From NCBI GenBank assembly GCA_038087875.1, contig CM075993.1:10728001-10792000 (forward strand): DNA of 64,000 nucleotides, given 5' to 3'. Made by a program: the position numbers and the translations under genes. Shown here piece by piece: positions 26,191 through 40,137 of the stretch. The notes under the pieces are model-generated. The model saw only the letters and a list, made by a program, of their open reading frames with translations. It had not been told where the DNA came from and ran no database searches. Every line of letters starts with the position of its first letter. Positions within the stretch are counted from its first letter, which is position 1. This DNA comes from Malacoraja senta (lineage: Eukaryota).

Positions 26191-29100
26191 CTGCAACAAA
26201 AAGAAATAAGCGACTGTCACATGTAGCTGTGGTTACTGTGCACCGGTGGTTACAGAAATGGAGTCAATAGACAATAGGTGCAGCAGTAGGCCATTTGGCC
26301 CTTCAAGCCAGCACCGCCATTCAATGTGATCATGTCCGATCATCCCCAATCAGTACCCCATTCCTGCCTTCTCCCCATATCCCCTGACTCCGCTATTTTT
26401 AAGACCCCTATCTAGCTCTCTCTTGAAAGTATCCAGAGAATCTGCTTCCACCGCCCTCTGAGGCAGAGAATTCCACAGACTCACAACTCTCTGTGAGAAA
26501 AAGTGTTTCCTCGTCTCCGTTCTAAATGGCTTACTCCTTATTCTTAAACTGTGGCCCCTGGTTCTGGACTCCCCCAACATCGGGAACATGTTTCCTGCCT
26601 CTAGCGTGTCCAAGCCCTTAACAATCTTATATGTTTCAATGAGATTCCCTCTCATCCTTCTAAACTCCAGAGTGTACAGAGTCACGGTGTTAAAAGCTGC
26701 ACATTTAGCATCAACCCCCCTCCAAAAAAGACACAACTTCCTTTCTGATGAAAGATTGCAATGCCTCCTCTGCAAAAGTTGCTTGCTGCACACAAGCACA
26801 CAATCATGCACGGTTTAACAGGTGGTCAGCTTCATGTGTGTGATATTCCCCCCAACAGCAGCGCTTCCTGAAATGGCGTGACAAGAACACTCGAATCTAA
26901 CATGCCAGTCACTTAGAGAAATCACTTTTAGATGCAAACAAGCTGAAAACACTGAATGCTTTCACCAATTTTACTCAGAGATTCCAAACGTTTGGCATTT
27001 CTGAAGAAAAAAAGATGAGAATAATCTTGATTTTTAAAAATGGAAAAAAAAATCAAGTTACACAGCACTAGTATGCAGAAAAAGTGTTCATGTTCGTAAG
27101 TGATAGGAACAGAATTAGGCCATTCGGCCCATCGAGTCTACTCCCCCATTCAATCATGGCTGATCTATCTTTCCCTCTCAACTCCATTCTCCTGCCTTCT
27201 CCCCATAACCACGGACACCCGTACTAATCAAGAGCTAATATTTAAGGTTGATAGACATTGCTGCTGCCTGCCTGACCCACTGAGTTTCTCCAGCTCTTTG
27301 TGTCTATCTTCGGTTTAAACCAGCATCTTCCGTTTAAACCAGCAACCATTAAACCTGCACTTCCTTCCTACACATAATATTTGTCAACTTTTCCCCAGTT
27401 ATTCTGATGCAAGGCCATTGACCTGAAACACTAGGTGTTGTCTTTTCAAATGCTTTCTGATCGGCAAAGTACAGCCAACATTTTGTATTCATTTCATATT
27501 TTCAACTTCCACCATATTTTGCTTGTGTGTCATTTTGGTTTCAGAGGTCATTAGACACAGCTATATTTCAAACGAAAGGTTGCAAACGTTACTTGTCCAG
27601 AACCCAGAGCTGAAGTGTGATTCCATCATCTTTCGTTATGAAGGTAGACAAAAATGCTGGAGAAACTCAGCGGGTGAGGCAGCATCTATGGAGCGAAGGA
27701 AATAGGCAATGTTTCGGGCCGAATCCCTTCAAGGAAATAGGCAACGTTTCGGGCCGAATCCCTTGAAGGAAATAGGCAACGTTTCTGGCCGAAACCCTTC
27801 AAGGGTTTCGGCCCGAAATGTTGCCTATTTCCTTCGCTCCATAGATGCTGCCGCACCCGCTGAGTTTCTCCAGCATTTTTGTCTACCTTCGATTTTCCAG
27901 CATCTGCAGTTCCTTCCTAAAACAATCTTTCATTATGAATACTGCTTACTCTGTTCCAGATTAGATTTCCGACCTGACAGTTATAGAAACTAAACTTGCA
28001 GACATAGACACTTAAATTGTAGCAGAAAAATATTTTTTAATGTTCTTAAAGACGATTAGTGTATTTAGTGCTATATATAATTTATGTTGGATGGCACAGT
28101 GATGCAGCTGCCTCATAGCATCGGATAACCTAGTTCAACCCCAACCTAAGGTGCTGTCGCAAGTTCACAAGTATAGTAGAATTAGGCCATTCGGCCCATC
28201 GAGTCTACTCCGCAATTCAATCACGGCCGATTTCTGCCTCCTAATCCCATTTTCCTGCCTTCTCCCCATAACGACACCTGTTCTAATCAAGAATTTGTCT
28301 ATGGGAGGAGAATGGGAGTCTGAAGAAGGGTTTCGGCCCGAAACGTTACCTATTTCCTTCGCTCCATAGATGCTGCTGCACCCGCTGAGTTTCTCCAGCA
28401 TTTTTGTGTACCTAAGAATTTGTCTATCTCTGCCTTAAAAATATCCACTGACGGCCTCCACATCCCTCTGTGGCAATGAGTTCCACAGATGAACTATTCT
28501 CTGACTAAAGAGGTTCCTCCTCACCTCCTTTCTAAAAGAGCGCCTTTTAATTCTGAGGCTATGACCTCTGGTCCTAGACTCTCCCACTAGTGGAAACATC
28601 CTCTCCACATCCACTCTATCTATGCCTTTCATTATTCTGTAAGTTTCAATGAGGTCCCCCTCAAACTTCTAAACTCCAGCAAATAGAGGCCCAGTGCTGT
28701 CAAACGCTCATCATATGCTAACCCACTCATTCCTGGAATCATTCTTGTAAACCTCCTGTTGACCCTCTCCAGAGCCAGCACACCCTTCCTCAGATATGGG
28801 GCCCACATTTGTCTGCATGGAGTTTAACTGTTCTCCTTGTGACCATGTGGACATGTGACAGGTGTTCCCGGTTTCCTCCCACATCCCAAAGATGTGCAGG
28901 TTTAATCGGTTGACTGGCCTCTGTAAATTGTCCCTAATGTATAGGGTGTGGGATAATGTAGAATTAGTGTGAATGGGTGATCGATGGTCAATGTGGACTC
29001 AGTGGGCCGAAGGGCCTGTTTCCATGCTGTATCTTTCAATCAATCAATAATGTCACCATTTCACCCAAATAACCTGCATCAGTGTTACCGTATATAGAAG

Positions 29101-29306
29101 TGTTCATCTCATCGGCTATTTAATTTAATTGGAGTTGATGCATGCATGGTACAAATTGAAACAAGCTTCAAGACAGAAAAGACGATGAGAAAACCAAATG
29201 AGGTGGGAACAGGGTCGACAAAGCAAAGGATTTATGCAGAGGGAAAATAAACAAGAGAAGGCAGCTGACCAAGGAACTAAAATCATCTTTGTGAAATTAA
29301 TTTACA

Positions 29307-29612
29307 GTTTAGTTTAGTTTAGAGATACAGAGCGGAAACAGGCCCTTCGGCCCACTGAGTCTGCACCGACCAGCGATCCCTGCACATTAACACTATCCTA
29401 CACACAGTGACAATTTTCATTTATACCAAGCCAATTAACCTACAAACCTGTACGTCTTTGGAGTGTGGGAGGAAACCGAAGATCTCAGAGAAAACCCACG
29501 CAGGTCACGGGGAGAACGTACAAACTCTGTACAGACAAGCACCCGTAGTCAGGATTGAACCCGGGTCTCTGGTGCCGTAAGGCAGCAGCTCTACTGCTGC
29601 GCCACCGTGCCC
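29307..29612 (-). mobile_element. HE1-type SINE, near-consensus (others at ~12612, 17391, 21160, 22563, 32440, 37435, 42241, 48906, 56470, 59140)
   Basis: Full head, core and (AAACT)n tail. Confidence 0.88.
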
Positions 29613-30859
29613 CTTGGTGTTGGCAAGACTAGCCATTAATCCGATTGCTGGACTATTTCAGGTGCAGTTAACAGTCAAGCGTATTGCTGTGGGTCTTGAG
29701 TCACAAGGACAAAACCAGATTCAGGAAGGATATCTCTCCTCAAATACATGAATGAAGCAGCAACTGCTAGCTACAGTCAAAAGCAAACTGCTTGGGGAAC
29801 TCAGCTAGTCACAGATAGCTACATGCATGTTATCCCCAATAAAGATATCTGTGTGTCACGGACCAACCCTGTATCATAATCATGATGCCATCATTGTCCC
29901 ATGTCGTATATATAGAACTAGAGTTTAAAAAATGGAATCATAATATCACACATAGGCTAGATTGGGCCAGATTTCTCCCGAAAGAAATTGTTGAAATAAT
30001 CGACGTTTTCAGGGCAACACAAACTTCCGCAGTCATTGCGCACTTGTCCCAGACTCCACAAGTGAATATGAATTGCCCAGCTGCCTCAGGTAACCAGTTC
30101 AGTAAATTAACCAATGTCCCATTACATCCATCTGCTGTTTACTTATCTGTCAAAGGAGTTCACCCCCTACTCAATAAATTGGGCCACTTCAATTATACCT
30201 CATCTTGCACCTCTTCTTTCGTCATTCACTCTCTCCTACCTTGTCGCAGACACTATGATGTCCTTTCCTTGCCTCCCCTTTCTCAATCTGCAAACTTCAC
30301 AGTCTCTAATGTTTTTTGATCAAAGATCAGCATGAACTGCTCATTGTTTCGTCCCCAGCAGATGCTGCCAGCCCAGCCAAATATTTGTTCTAATTTCAGA
30401 ATTTTTGTAACAAATTCATTTTCAATATAAATTCGAACATAGAACAGTGCAACACGGGAACAGGCCCTTCAGCCCATGATGCCTGTGCCAAATAGGATGC
30501 TAAATTAAACATCGCCTTTAATCTTGCCCCCCGATATTAAAGCTAGGCCCTCTAATACGTGAAGATAGACACAAAAAACTGGAGTAACTCAGCAGGTCAG
30601 GCAGAATCTCTGGAGCAAAGGGATGGGTGACGTTTCGGGACACCCATTCCTTTTCTCCAGAGATGCTGCCTGTCCCGATGAGTTCTCCAGCTTTTTGTGT
30701 CTATCTTCGGTTCCTTCCTACACCCCTAGTACTTGACATTGTTATCCTGGGGAGAAGATGTGTACCCACTCAGTGGTTGGCAAGTTCAGGCTACACAATA
30801 AACACATACATTTATTTGTACATTAAATCAGTTTGCACACATTTCTCCTGGTTTCTTAC

Positions 30860-30925
30860 CTCTTCAACGTTTATGCTGGATTTTGCACTGGTTTCCAGGA
30901 ACTTAATCCCATAATCTATCGCTAA
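30860..30925 (-). CDS. RAB8B: RAB8B-type coding exon (66 nt), LAIDYGIKFLETSAKSSINVEE
   Basis: AG/GTAAG boundaries and the G5 motif ETSAK. A 91-nt intron separates it from the previous exon. Confidence 0.95.
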
Positions 30926-31016
30926 CTATTGGGAAAAGTAACACTAAGCATTAGTCAAAAGAAAAATACACCTGAACAATTAGTCTTAAAAAAAGAAACC
31001 ATTTTTGTTGCCTTAC

Positions 31017-31106
31017 CTTCTCCCCTCGCTCTTTTGACACTTGCCTTTTCTCATTCATGTCACACTTGTTTCCCAGGATCATCCTTTCCACATCCGATGA
31101 TGCATG
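31017..31106 (-). CDS. RAB8B: RAB8B-type GTPase internal coding exon (90 nt), HASSDVERMILGNKCDMNEKRQVSKERGEK
   Basis: AG acceptor at 31108-31107 and GTAAG donor from 31016. Translation contains the G4 motif NKCD in Rab8 context. Phase 0 at both ends. Confidence 0.95.
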
Positions 31107-31302
31107 CTGGAAAATACAGATAACTTATTCAGTCCCAACAAATAATAATTTAACTGCATTCATTTCAAACCTTTTGGGATTCATACCCGGATAAGAATAT
31201 ATTTTAGCAACCTCAATGTTCAGCTTTCCAACTCGGAATACAATGACTTGAAGGCATTGCAATATTATTATTATGGCGCTATTATTGTGTGTGCGCGCGC
31301 GC

Positions 31303-31304
<2 letters not shown>

Positions 31305-31391
<87 letters not shown>
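31305..31391. repeat. (TG)n microsatellite preceded by (CG)n
   Basis: Direct reading. Confidence 0.99.
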
Positions 31392-31396
<5 letters not shown>

Positions 31397-31537
31397 CCGC
31401 TTGCGTGTGCAAGCTTACGTTCTCGTGCATGTGTATATATACACACTGAATTTTTTTTCTCATTTATTATATTGTTCACAATGTACTATGTTTACACATG
31501 CTGTTGTGCTGCAGCAAGTAAGAATTTCATTGATCTG

Positions 31538-31710
31538 CAGTGCCCTCCGTAATGTTTGGGACAAAGACCCATCATTTATTTATTTGCCTCTGTACTCCAC
31601 AATTTGAGATTTGTAATAGAAAAATCACATGTGGTTAAAGTGCACATTGTCAGATTATAATAAAGGGTATTTTTACACATTTTGGTTTCACCATGTAGAA
31701 ATTACAGCTA
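31538..31710 (+). mobile_element. Isolated TIR fragment of the same Tc1 family
   Basis: CAGTGCCCTCCGTAATG... is the approximate reverse complement of 41850-42025. Confidence 0.85.
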
Positions 31711-33232
31711 TGTCTCAGCACACTGATACAAACCGTAGTAATGACCGCAGAAGGCAATTTTCAATGAAACAGCAAGAACCTGTGAAATGAGGTCTGTGAC
31801 ACTTCGGACTTCCATAGAACACAGAACATAGAAAACAATAGTTAGACACAGAATGCTGGAGTAACTCAGTGGGACAGGCAGCATCTCTGGACAGAAGGAA
31901 TGGGTGACATTTCGGGTCGAGACCCTTCTTGAGACCGATCAGTCTGGAGAAGGGTCTCAACCCGAAACGTCACCCATTTCTTCTCTCCAGAGATGCTGCG
32001 TGTCCAACTGAGTTACTCCAGCATTTTGTATCTATCTTCGGTTTAAACCAGCATCTGCAGTTCCTTCCGACATAGAAAACAACAGCACAGGAACAGGCCT
32101 TTTGGCCCACGGTATCTGTGTCGAATATGCTGCCAAGATAAACTAATTCCTGCTCTTAAACTAATCTCATCTGTCTGCACATGATCCATATCACCGCATT
32201 CCCTGCATTTCCATGTGCTTAACTAAAGGTCTCGTAAATGTCACCATCTGCCTCTAACCCTGGCAACGTAATAAACTTGCCAAGCGCATCTCCTTTGAAC
32301 CTTGCCCCTCTCACCTTAAAGCTAGGCCCTCTAGTCTTTGACATTTCCACCCTGAGAAAACTGTCCTGACTTGCTACTGTATCTATGCCTCTCATGAATT
32401 TATAAGCTGCTATCAAGTATAGGGTGGAACATCGGTAGAGTTGCGGCTATACAGCGCCAGAGACACGGGTTCGATCCTGACTACTGCGCGGAGTTTGTAC
32501 GTTCTCCCTGTGACCTGCGTACGTTATCTCCAGGAGCTCCGGTTTCCTCCCACACTCCAAAGATGCGCAGTTTTGAGGGCTAATTGGCTTGGTAAAATTG
32601 TAAATTGTCCCTAGTGTGTGTAGGATAGTGTTAATATGTGGGGATCGCTGATCGGCGCGGACACAGTGGGCCAACGGGCCTGTTTCCGCGCTGTATCTCT
32701 AAACTAAACTAAGTCTCGCCTCCACCTCCGGTGTTCCCGAGAAAACAATCAATTTTCTCTTTCCCTCACTCTCGCTTCCCTCTCCACTTTTAGTGGTAAA
32801 TGTGGCAGAATTTAATGCATTTGTAACTTAATTTCATGAAACGTTCCACATAAAATCTATTAACTTCCCAATAGTAAAATCAATGATGTAAATTCATAAT
32901 CAACACTATAATCCTTATTGTTATTTAAATTGGAATCTCTCCTCCAACTCTGGGCAAGAACAGCGAGCAAATAAAAAGCTTTTTCATGAATGTGTCCCTT
33001 TGTTTAGTGTTGGTAATAGAAATGTTAGCCAATGCATAGTATAAATACTTCTTTGTGATCCACTGAACTCTGATATTCACAATGTGAACAGGAAAACAAC
33101 AGTAAAAACCACTGTGCTGATTGCAATGAGTGACCCCAGAATGAATGTCTCTGCTCAGTTTAAAACACTGAAGACTGAATTTACTTTCTCTAAAAAGAAA
33201 ATTATATCCGAGCATTCAACTACTAACTGATG

Positions 33233-33790
33233 GTAGACACAACATGTTGGAGTAACTCAGCGGGACAGGCAGCATCTCTGGAGAGAAGGAATGGGTGACG
33301 CTTTGGGTTGAGACCCTTCTTCAGACTGACGCCTGGGGAGAGGGAGATACATAGATAAGGAAGTGTAAGGTGCGAAACCAGGACAAAGGGAATGGAGATT
33401 TAGGAAAATGTAGAATAGATCATTGTTAGCTGGGTTAAAGGTAACAACAAAGCAACCCGAGATAAAATGTAGTCAGAGACAGTAAAACTGGTCAGAGAAC
33501 AGGAAAGGGGGGGAGGGATGGAGAGAGAGGGAAAGCAAGGGTTACTTGAAGTTAGAGAAGTCAATATTCATACTGCTGGGGTGCAAGCTGTCCAAGCGAA
33601 ATATGAGATGCTGTTCCTCCAATTTGTACTGGGCCTCATTCTGACAATGGTGGAGGCCCAGGACAGAAAGGTCAGTGTGGGAACGGAAGGAGAAGTTAAA
33701 AGTGTTTAGCATCTGGGAGATCAGGTAAGTTTAGGCGGACTGAGCGGAGGTGTTCAGCAAAACGATCGCCGAGCCTGCGCTTGGTTTCGG
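33233..33790 (-). mobile_element. Penelope-like element 3' fragment with terminal repeat
   Basis: Reverse complement of the GIY-YIG C-terminal coding region and 3' repeat seen at 63700-64000. Confidence 0.8.
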
Positions 33791-34060
33791 GACAACTGGT
33801 TCATTACCCTCAGCTTGGGTAACATCTTTGCATCATCTCCCCCATCCTGGTAACACAACAGCACACAGTTGGTGTGGCTATTAGCAGCTCCTAGCAAGCC
33901 TCTCAATATTTGAAAATGGACACAAAATGCTGGAGTAACTCCGCGGGACAGGCAGCATCTCTGGGTAGAAGGAATGGGTGACCTTTTGGGTGGGGTCCCT
34001 TCCTCAATATTTGGTTGTCTTTACTCCCATTTTGTTTAGTTTATGGATACAGCGTGGAAA

Positions 34061-34819
34061 TACCACCAGGGGCGCCGCATGATTGGCAGCCCCGCCAACA
34101 GTCTGTCTGTTTTTTCGTCTATTAAAAAAAAAATTAGTGGGTGTTAAAAGTTTATGTAAATGTTCTCCGGTTTGTCTTATGTGGGGGGAGGGGGTGGGGG
34201 AAGGGGGAAACTTTGTTTTAGTTTCTTACCTTGCCGGAGATGTGTTTATTTTCCAGATCGCATCTCCGGTCGCTCTGCGGCCTACCATCGATGGAGCTGG
34301 AGGCCTCCTCGGACTGACTTGAACCCCACTGCGGGGCGTGGACTTAACATCGGAGCCGATCCCTTGCCTGGGATCGCCTGCGGATTTCACCATCGGGAGC
34401 TCACAGTCTCGGGAGAGACCGTGGATGTCGTGAGCTCCAATGATACAGAGGTTCGACCAGCCCTGACCCGGGGTCAGATCGCTCGGAACGGGGGAGCTGA
34501 CAACCCCCGATGCAGGAGCTGATCACCCCCATGCGGAGGGGCCTGACCGCCGGCCACAGGAGTCAAGAGCGTCCCGTCAACGGAGGGCCCGAGTTCCCCG
34601 ACCGCGGGAGAACAAAGAAGGGAAGAGATTTGAACTTTTTTTCGCCTTCCATCACAGTGAGGAATGTGGAGGAGTCACTGTGGTGGATGTTTATGTTAAA
34701 ATATATTTTGTGTGTTCCGTGGCTTTTCATTTGTATGACTGACTTGGCAAATGAAATTCCTCGTATGAGGCAAAACATACTTGGCTAATAAAGTATTATT
34801 GTGATTGATTGTGATTGTG
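34061..34819 (+). mobile_element. Unclassified GC-rich insertion with AATAAA and a (GATTGT) tail, splitting an HE1 tail
   Basis: Host gatacagcgtggaaa|caggccc is interrupted. AATAAA at 34787-34792 is followed by a short tandem tail. Confidence 0.6.
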
Positions 34820-35439
34820 AACAGGCCCTTTGGCCCACCGGGTCCGCGCTGATCAGTGATTCCCATACACCAGCACTATCCTACACACTATGGCCAATTT
34901 AAAATGGTGTCATGTGGATCTGACCCACTGAGTTCTTCCAGCATTGTTTTTTTGTGTGGAGTGGATAGAGAGAAACTCTTCCCATTGGCAGAAAGAAAAG
35001 CACAAGACATAGATTGAAGGTGAATGGCAAATGTAACAGTAAAAAGGATGAGGTGTTTAAAAAAATGCCTTTTTTTGGTCTGTGATGCATTGCTACTGTT
35101 TTATTAGAGGCAGAATCAATTGCAGCATTAAAAAGGGAACAGGATATGCATGTGAAAGGAAAGAATTTGCAGAGCTGTTGAGAGAAAGGTGGGGGAGTGG
35201 AACTGAACCAGATTGCTCTCACATTCACTATTCTACAGACAAGAACACAGGATGGATTTGAGAGGACAAAGTGGTCACGCTCGTGATATATCCTGTGCAC
35301 CCACACATGATTTGGCTGGAGCATGCAAGATTTGAGTCTGCAAAGAAAGTTATTGAGGCTGAATAGTCTGAGTTTGAAAGCGCTACAAATACAAAACAAA
35401 AAAAGATACAAAGTGCTAGTGTAACTCAGCGGGTCAGAC

Positions 35440-35844
35440 CAAAGATCCTATAGCGGAGCAAGATAGATCACTCCTGCTAAATGCAATGGGCTGATGTGTA
35501 GTAAGCCTTTTTACTATGCAATGGGCTGACGTGGGCCTTTTTTTCCATCCATTTCCGTAACCCGACTCGCAGTGTAATCAACGTTGCGGCGGAACAGTTT
35601 GTGTTAATAAATAAAATTCTGAAAATGAGGAGAAGATTTTTACCAAATAACTTTTATTTTTACGAGGATGTTTCCGTAACCGGCTTCCGCCTCTGCACTA
35701 GTATCTTTGCTCCGCTATGGGATCTTTGGTGCGGAGACGGAAGCCGGTAACGGAAATGGGGCCTAAAATTACCCATGAATCTGCCCATGACCGTACTACG
35801 TCTTTTTCGTCGAGTGGACTATCTTGCTTTCTATAGGATCTTTG
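35440..35844. mobile_element. hAT-type MITE (405 bp)
   Basis: TIR CAAAGATCCTATAG / CTATAGGATCTTTG with an 8-bp TSD GGTCAGAC (35432-35439 and 35845-35852). Confidence 0.9.
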
Positions 35845-38800
35845 GGTCAGACATCGTCAGTCTAAAGAAGGGTCCTGACCCAAAACATCATTACCCATGT
35901 TCTCTAGGAATGCTGCCTGACCTGCTGGGTTTGTGTCCTTGTTTTGTAAACCAACATCTTAGTTCCTTGTTTCTCCTCTCCCAACCCCACTCCATTTACA
36001 TTCCTTCTTCGTGCTTCACAATTGTTATCTCTTCAATCCTTTTGTCTCGCACGTTGTCATTTCATCTCTGGCCTTTGTCCAACCATCTGTCTAACAAAAA
36101 GCCCCCTCACCTGCATCCACCCTTTACCTGCCAGGCTTTGTTCTGCCCCTCCTCGCTTCCAGCTCCCCCCCCCCCCCTCCCTCCTAAAATCATTCTGAAG
36201 AAGGGACTCTACCCAAAACGTCACCTATCCATGTTCTCTAGGGGTGCTGCCTGACCCGCTGGATTTGTCTCTTATTTTTGTAAACCAGCATCTACAGTTC
36301 CTTGTTTCTACAAATAAGGCGGATATGTTTCTGCCATCAATTTGCCTAACCCTATATTTATGTAATGCTAAAGATAGATTCAGAGGTGCTTTCGACAAGT
36401 TACCTGGCCCACTGGAAATCTCTAGGCAGCTGACACCCCAGCAGTATGAATATTGATTTGTCTAACTTCAAGCCATGATCACAATGAATGGCGGTGCTGG
36501 CTTGAAGGGCCGAATGGCCTCCTCCTGCACCTATTTTCTATGTTTTTAAGTAGCCCTTGCTTTTCCCTCTCTCTCCACCCCCCTCCTTCCTAGTTCTCCG
36601 ACCAGCTTGACGGTATCCCTGGATTAAATTTTATCTCTGTACGCTTCGTCGTCAGCTTCTCCGAGCTAACAATGATCTATTCCACATTTTCCTTGAGGTA
36701 CATCCCCTTTGATGTTCAAGAAGGAGCTACAGATGCCGGAAAATCGAAGGTAGACAAAATTGCTGGAGAAACTCAGCGGGTGCGGCAGCATCTATGGAGC
36801 GAAGGAAATAGGCTACGTTCGGGACGAAACGTTGCCTATTTCCTTCGCTCCATAGATGCTGCCGCACCCGCTGAGTTTCTCCAGCAATTTTGTCTATCTC
36901 CTTTGATGTCTCGTTTTCACACCTTTCCCTTCCTTATCTCCGTGTCTCCCTCTCCCCTGACTCTCAGTCTGAAGAAGGGTCTCGAACCAAAACGTCACCC
37001 ATTCCTTCCCTCCGGAGATGCTGCCCATCCCGCTGTTACTCCAGCATTTGGTGTCTATCCACTGGAAATCTATAGTGGTTAAAATAAAAGTGTCCAAGCG
37101 ACGAAGCCAAAATCCCAACGCAGTAAGTGTTTAGTTTATTCTGCAGTCAGCATCTTTGTCATAGGACTGCCTCAAATAAATTGCCCAAACATGACATTTT
37201 AGCTGATGTTAACACATTTCCCAAGTTATCTTGAATGAGACTTTTTTTGATCTTTCATAATATAAAATTCAAACTATGCCAACAAATAATCATGGAGCAA
37301 AGAAAGATACTGATCAATACAATACTGGCTTTCATTTAAAAAGGTGGTGTAAAAGTTGTATGGCAGACCTGGTCATCTGCACTACTAAACTGAATCATTA
37401 TAAAACAATAAACAGCCCAACAAGGTCATGCTGGTTTAGTTTAGTTTAGAGATACAGCACGGAAATAGGCCCTTCGGCCCACCAAGTCTGCGCCGACCAG
37501 AGATCCCCGCATATTAGCACTATCTTACACAGGCTGGAGACAATTTAACCAAACCAATTAGCCTACAAACCTGTGTGTCTTTCGAGAGTGGGGGGAAACC
37601 GGAGCACCCGGAGAAAACCCACGCAGGTCACGGGAGAATGTACAAACTCAGTACAGACAGCACCTGTAGTCAGGAGCGAACCTCGGTCTCTGGCGCTGTA
37701 AGGGCAGAAGCTCTACCGCTACGTCACCGTGCCGCCCCATGGATACAAGAATGCAGATGCTGGTGTACACAAAAAAGGACAAAGTGCTGGAGTAACACAG
37801 CGGGTCAGCCAGCATCTCCGAGAGCATGGGGAGGTGATGTTTTGAGTCTGCATCCTTCTTCAGATTGATTGGGGGGAGGGGGGTGGGGGGGGGGGGGGGG
37901 GGGGGGGGGAGAAGAAAGCTGGAGTAACGAGTTGATACTGTTTTCTGTACAACAATGCAGAAAGTTCTGTTTACACAGTTCTTTTCATAGTCCTACAAAT
38001 TAACTTCCCTCACGCCTACCGAACATCCTTATGCCGTATAAGATGCGTAGGTTTATAAATACCAAAGGGAACCAGCTGGTTACAAAATTAGAGGGGAAGT
38101 GAGAATTGAAATGAGGGACAAAGGCAGTTTTTTGAGAAAAGTTAAGCTGCAAACAGAAAAGAGAATCCAAAAGTGTTCTGTAAATGGTAGATGTGCCTAG
38201 AAGGGTGGACCCACAAAGAACTAAAAAGGAACTTAGAAACATAGAAACATAGAAAATAGGTGCAGGAGTAGGTCATTCGGCCCTTCGAGCCTGCACCGCC
38301 ATTTGATATGATCATGGCTGATCATCCAACTCAGTATCCCATCCCTGCCTTCTCTCCATACCCCCTGATCCCTTTAGCCACAAGGGCCAACTTGGGGATG
38401 CTAAGGGGAAATGAGGACTTGGCACGTTTCACAAGGCAAGAGGATGTTACCAAGTAATAGTCAAGGTGGAGACAGTTGAGACATTAGAAATATGAAAAAA
38501 ACTGATGGCGGGGGGGGGGGGGAGATGTCTATCAGTAGCATTGACCTTGGAGGAGTTGATAATTTGCAGGACCATAGAGCAGAGGATTTTGTGGGAAGTA
38601 AAGGAAAAGCATGGAGAAATATTCACGGAGTACAATTAGGCCATTCGGCCCATTGAGTCTATGCTGCCATTCAATCGAGGCTGATCGCTGCCTCCTAATC
38701 CCATTTTTCTCCCCATAACCCTTGACACCCGTTCTAATCAAGAATTTGTCTCACTCTGCCAAGGACCTGGCCTCCACAGCATCTGTGGCAATGAGTTCCA

Positions 38801-38882
38801 CAGATTAACTACCCTCTTACTAAAGAAGTTCCTCCTCCATGTTGACATATTCCGGTTGTGCTGCTGCAAGTAAGAATTTCAA

Positions 38883-39082
38883 NNNNNNNNNNNNNNNNNN
38901 NNNNNNNNNNNNNNNNNNNNNNNNNNNNNNNNNNNNNNNNNNNNNNNNNNNNNNNNNNNNNNNNNNNNNNNNNNNNNNNNNNNNNNNNNNNNNNNNNNNN
39001 NNNNNNNNNNNNNNNNNNNNNNNNNNNNNNNNNNNNNNNNNNNNNNNNNNNNNNNNNNNNNNNNNNNNNNNNNNNNNNNNNN
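38883..39082. other. Assembly gap (200 N)
   Basis: Run of N with a round length, probably a placeholder size. Confidence 0.99.
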
Positions 39083-39916
39083 GGGAATTAAAACAACACA
39101 TTTGATTGCATTCCGTTATCAAACATAGTCAATGTTCGCTCTGAAGACATTTCCAGCACAACAGGGTCAGGGAGGGGGTGTGTGTGAATCAGTGCGGGGT
39201 GGATAGATGGCGGGGGTGGGGGGGGGGTTAGAAGGCAGTCGGTGCAGAATGGATGGATTGAGGCAGGTGAATTAGTACGTGTTGGTTGGAATAGGTAAAA
39301 TTGTGAGGGGAGAGAACCGGGGATGTCAGTGGTGTTGAATGGGGGGATCAGTATGGGATGGATGGGGGTAGACAAAAGTGCTGGAGGAACTCAGCGAGTG
39401 AGGCAGCATCTATGGAGCGAAGGAAATAGGCAACGTTTCGGGTCGAGACCCTTCTTCAGACTGTTCCCATTCTTCTTGAATGGGAGGATCAGTACAGGAT
39501 GGATGGGGGGGGGTCAGTACAGTGTGGATCGGAGGGTCTGTGCAAGATGAATGGGGGATCACTACAGAATGAATGAGGGGAAGGGGGAAGGTGCAGGGTA
39601 AATGGAGGGTGGGTCAGTACGGGATGAATGCGTGGATTAGTACAGGATGGATGGGGGATCAGTACAGGATGGATGGAGGAGAAGTGCAGGATGGATGGGA
39701 AAGGGGTAAGTACAGGGTGAATTGGGGAACCAGTGTAGGATGGATGGGGGGGGGGGTGGTAGGAGAATCAATGCGAGGTGGATAGGGTGATCAGCGCAGG
39801 ATGAATAGATGGGGAGGGGAGCACAGGGGATGTCAGTGAGGACTGAATAGAGGTGGGAATGGGGATCAGTGCGGGATGGAGTGGAGGGTCCCAGGATAAG
39901 GGGGTGGAGGGGGCGT

Positions 39917-39920
<4 letters not shown>

Positions 39921-39973
<53 letters not shown>
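39921..39973. repeat. (GA)n microsatellite
   Basis: Direct reading. Confidence 0.99.
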
Positions 39974-39976
<3 letters not shown>

Positions 39977-40109
39977 GCGATGTGGGGAGGAAGGAAGGTC
40001 AGCGCTCCTCGGACAACATCGCCCCGCTGCCTTGGCCGTTGGGAACTCCTCGCCACCGCCTCCCTCCTCCGCCAGCCAACAGCAAGGTGCGGGGCCGAGC
40101 GGTGCAGCT

Positions 40110-40137
40110 CAAAGATCCTATAGCTATAAGATCTTTG
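40110..40137. mobile_element. 28-bp TIR-only member of the same hAT-type family
   Basis: CAAAGATCCTATAG directly joined to CTATAAGATCTTTG, with an 8-bp TSD GTGCAGCT (40102-40109 and 40138-40145). Confidence 0.85.

Noticed and set aside
34063..34076. CTCF-like motif CCACCAGGGGCGCC
   Set aside because: One G short of the consensus spacing, with no other support.
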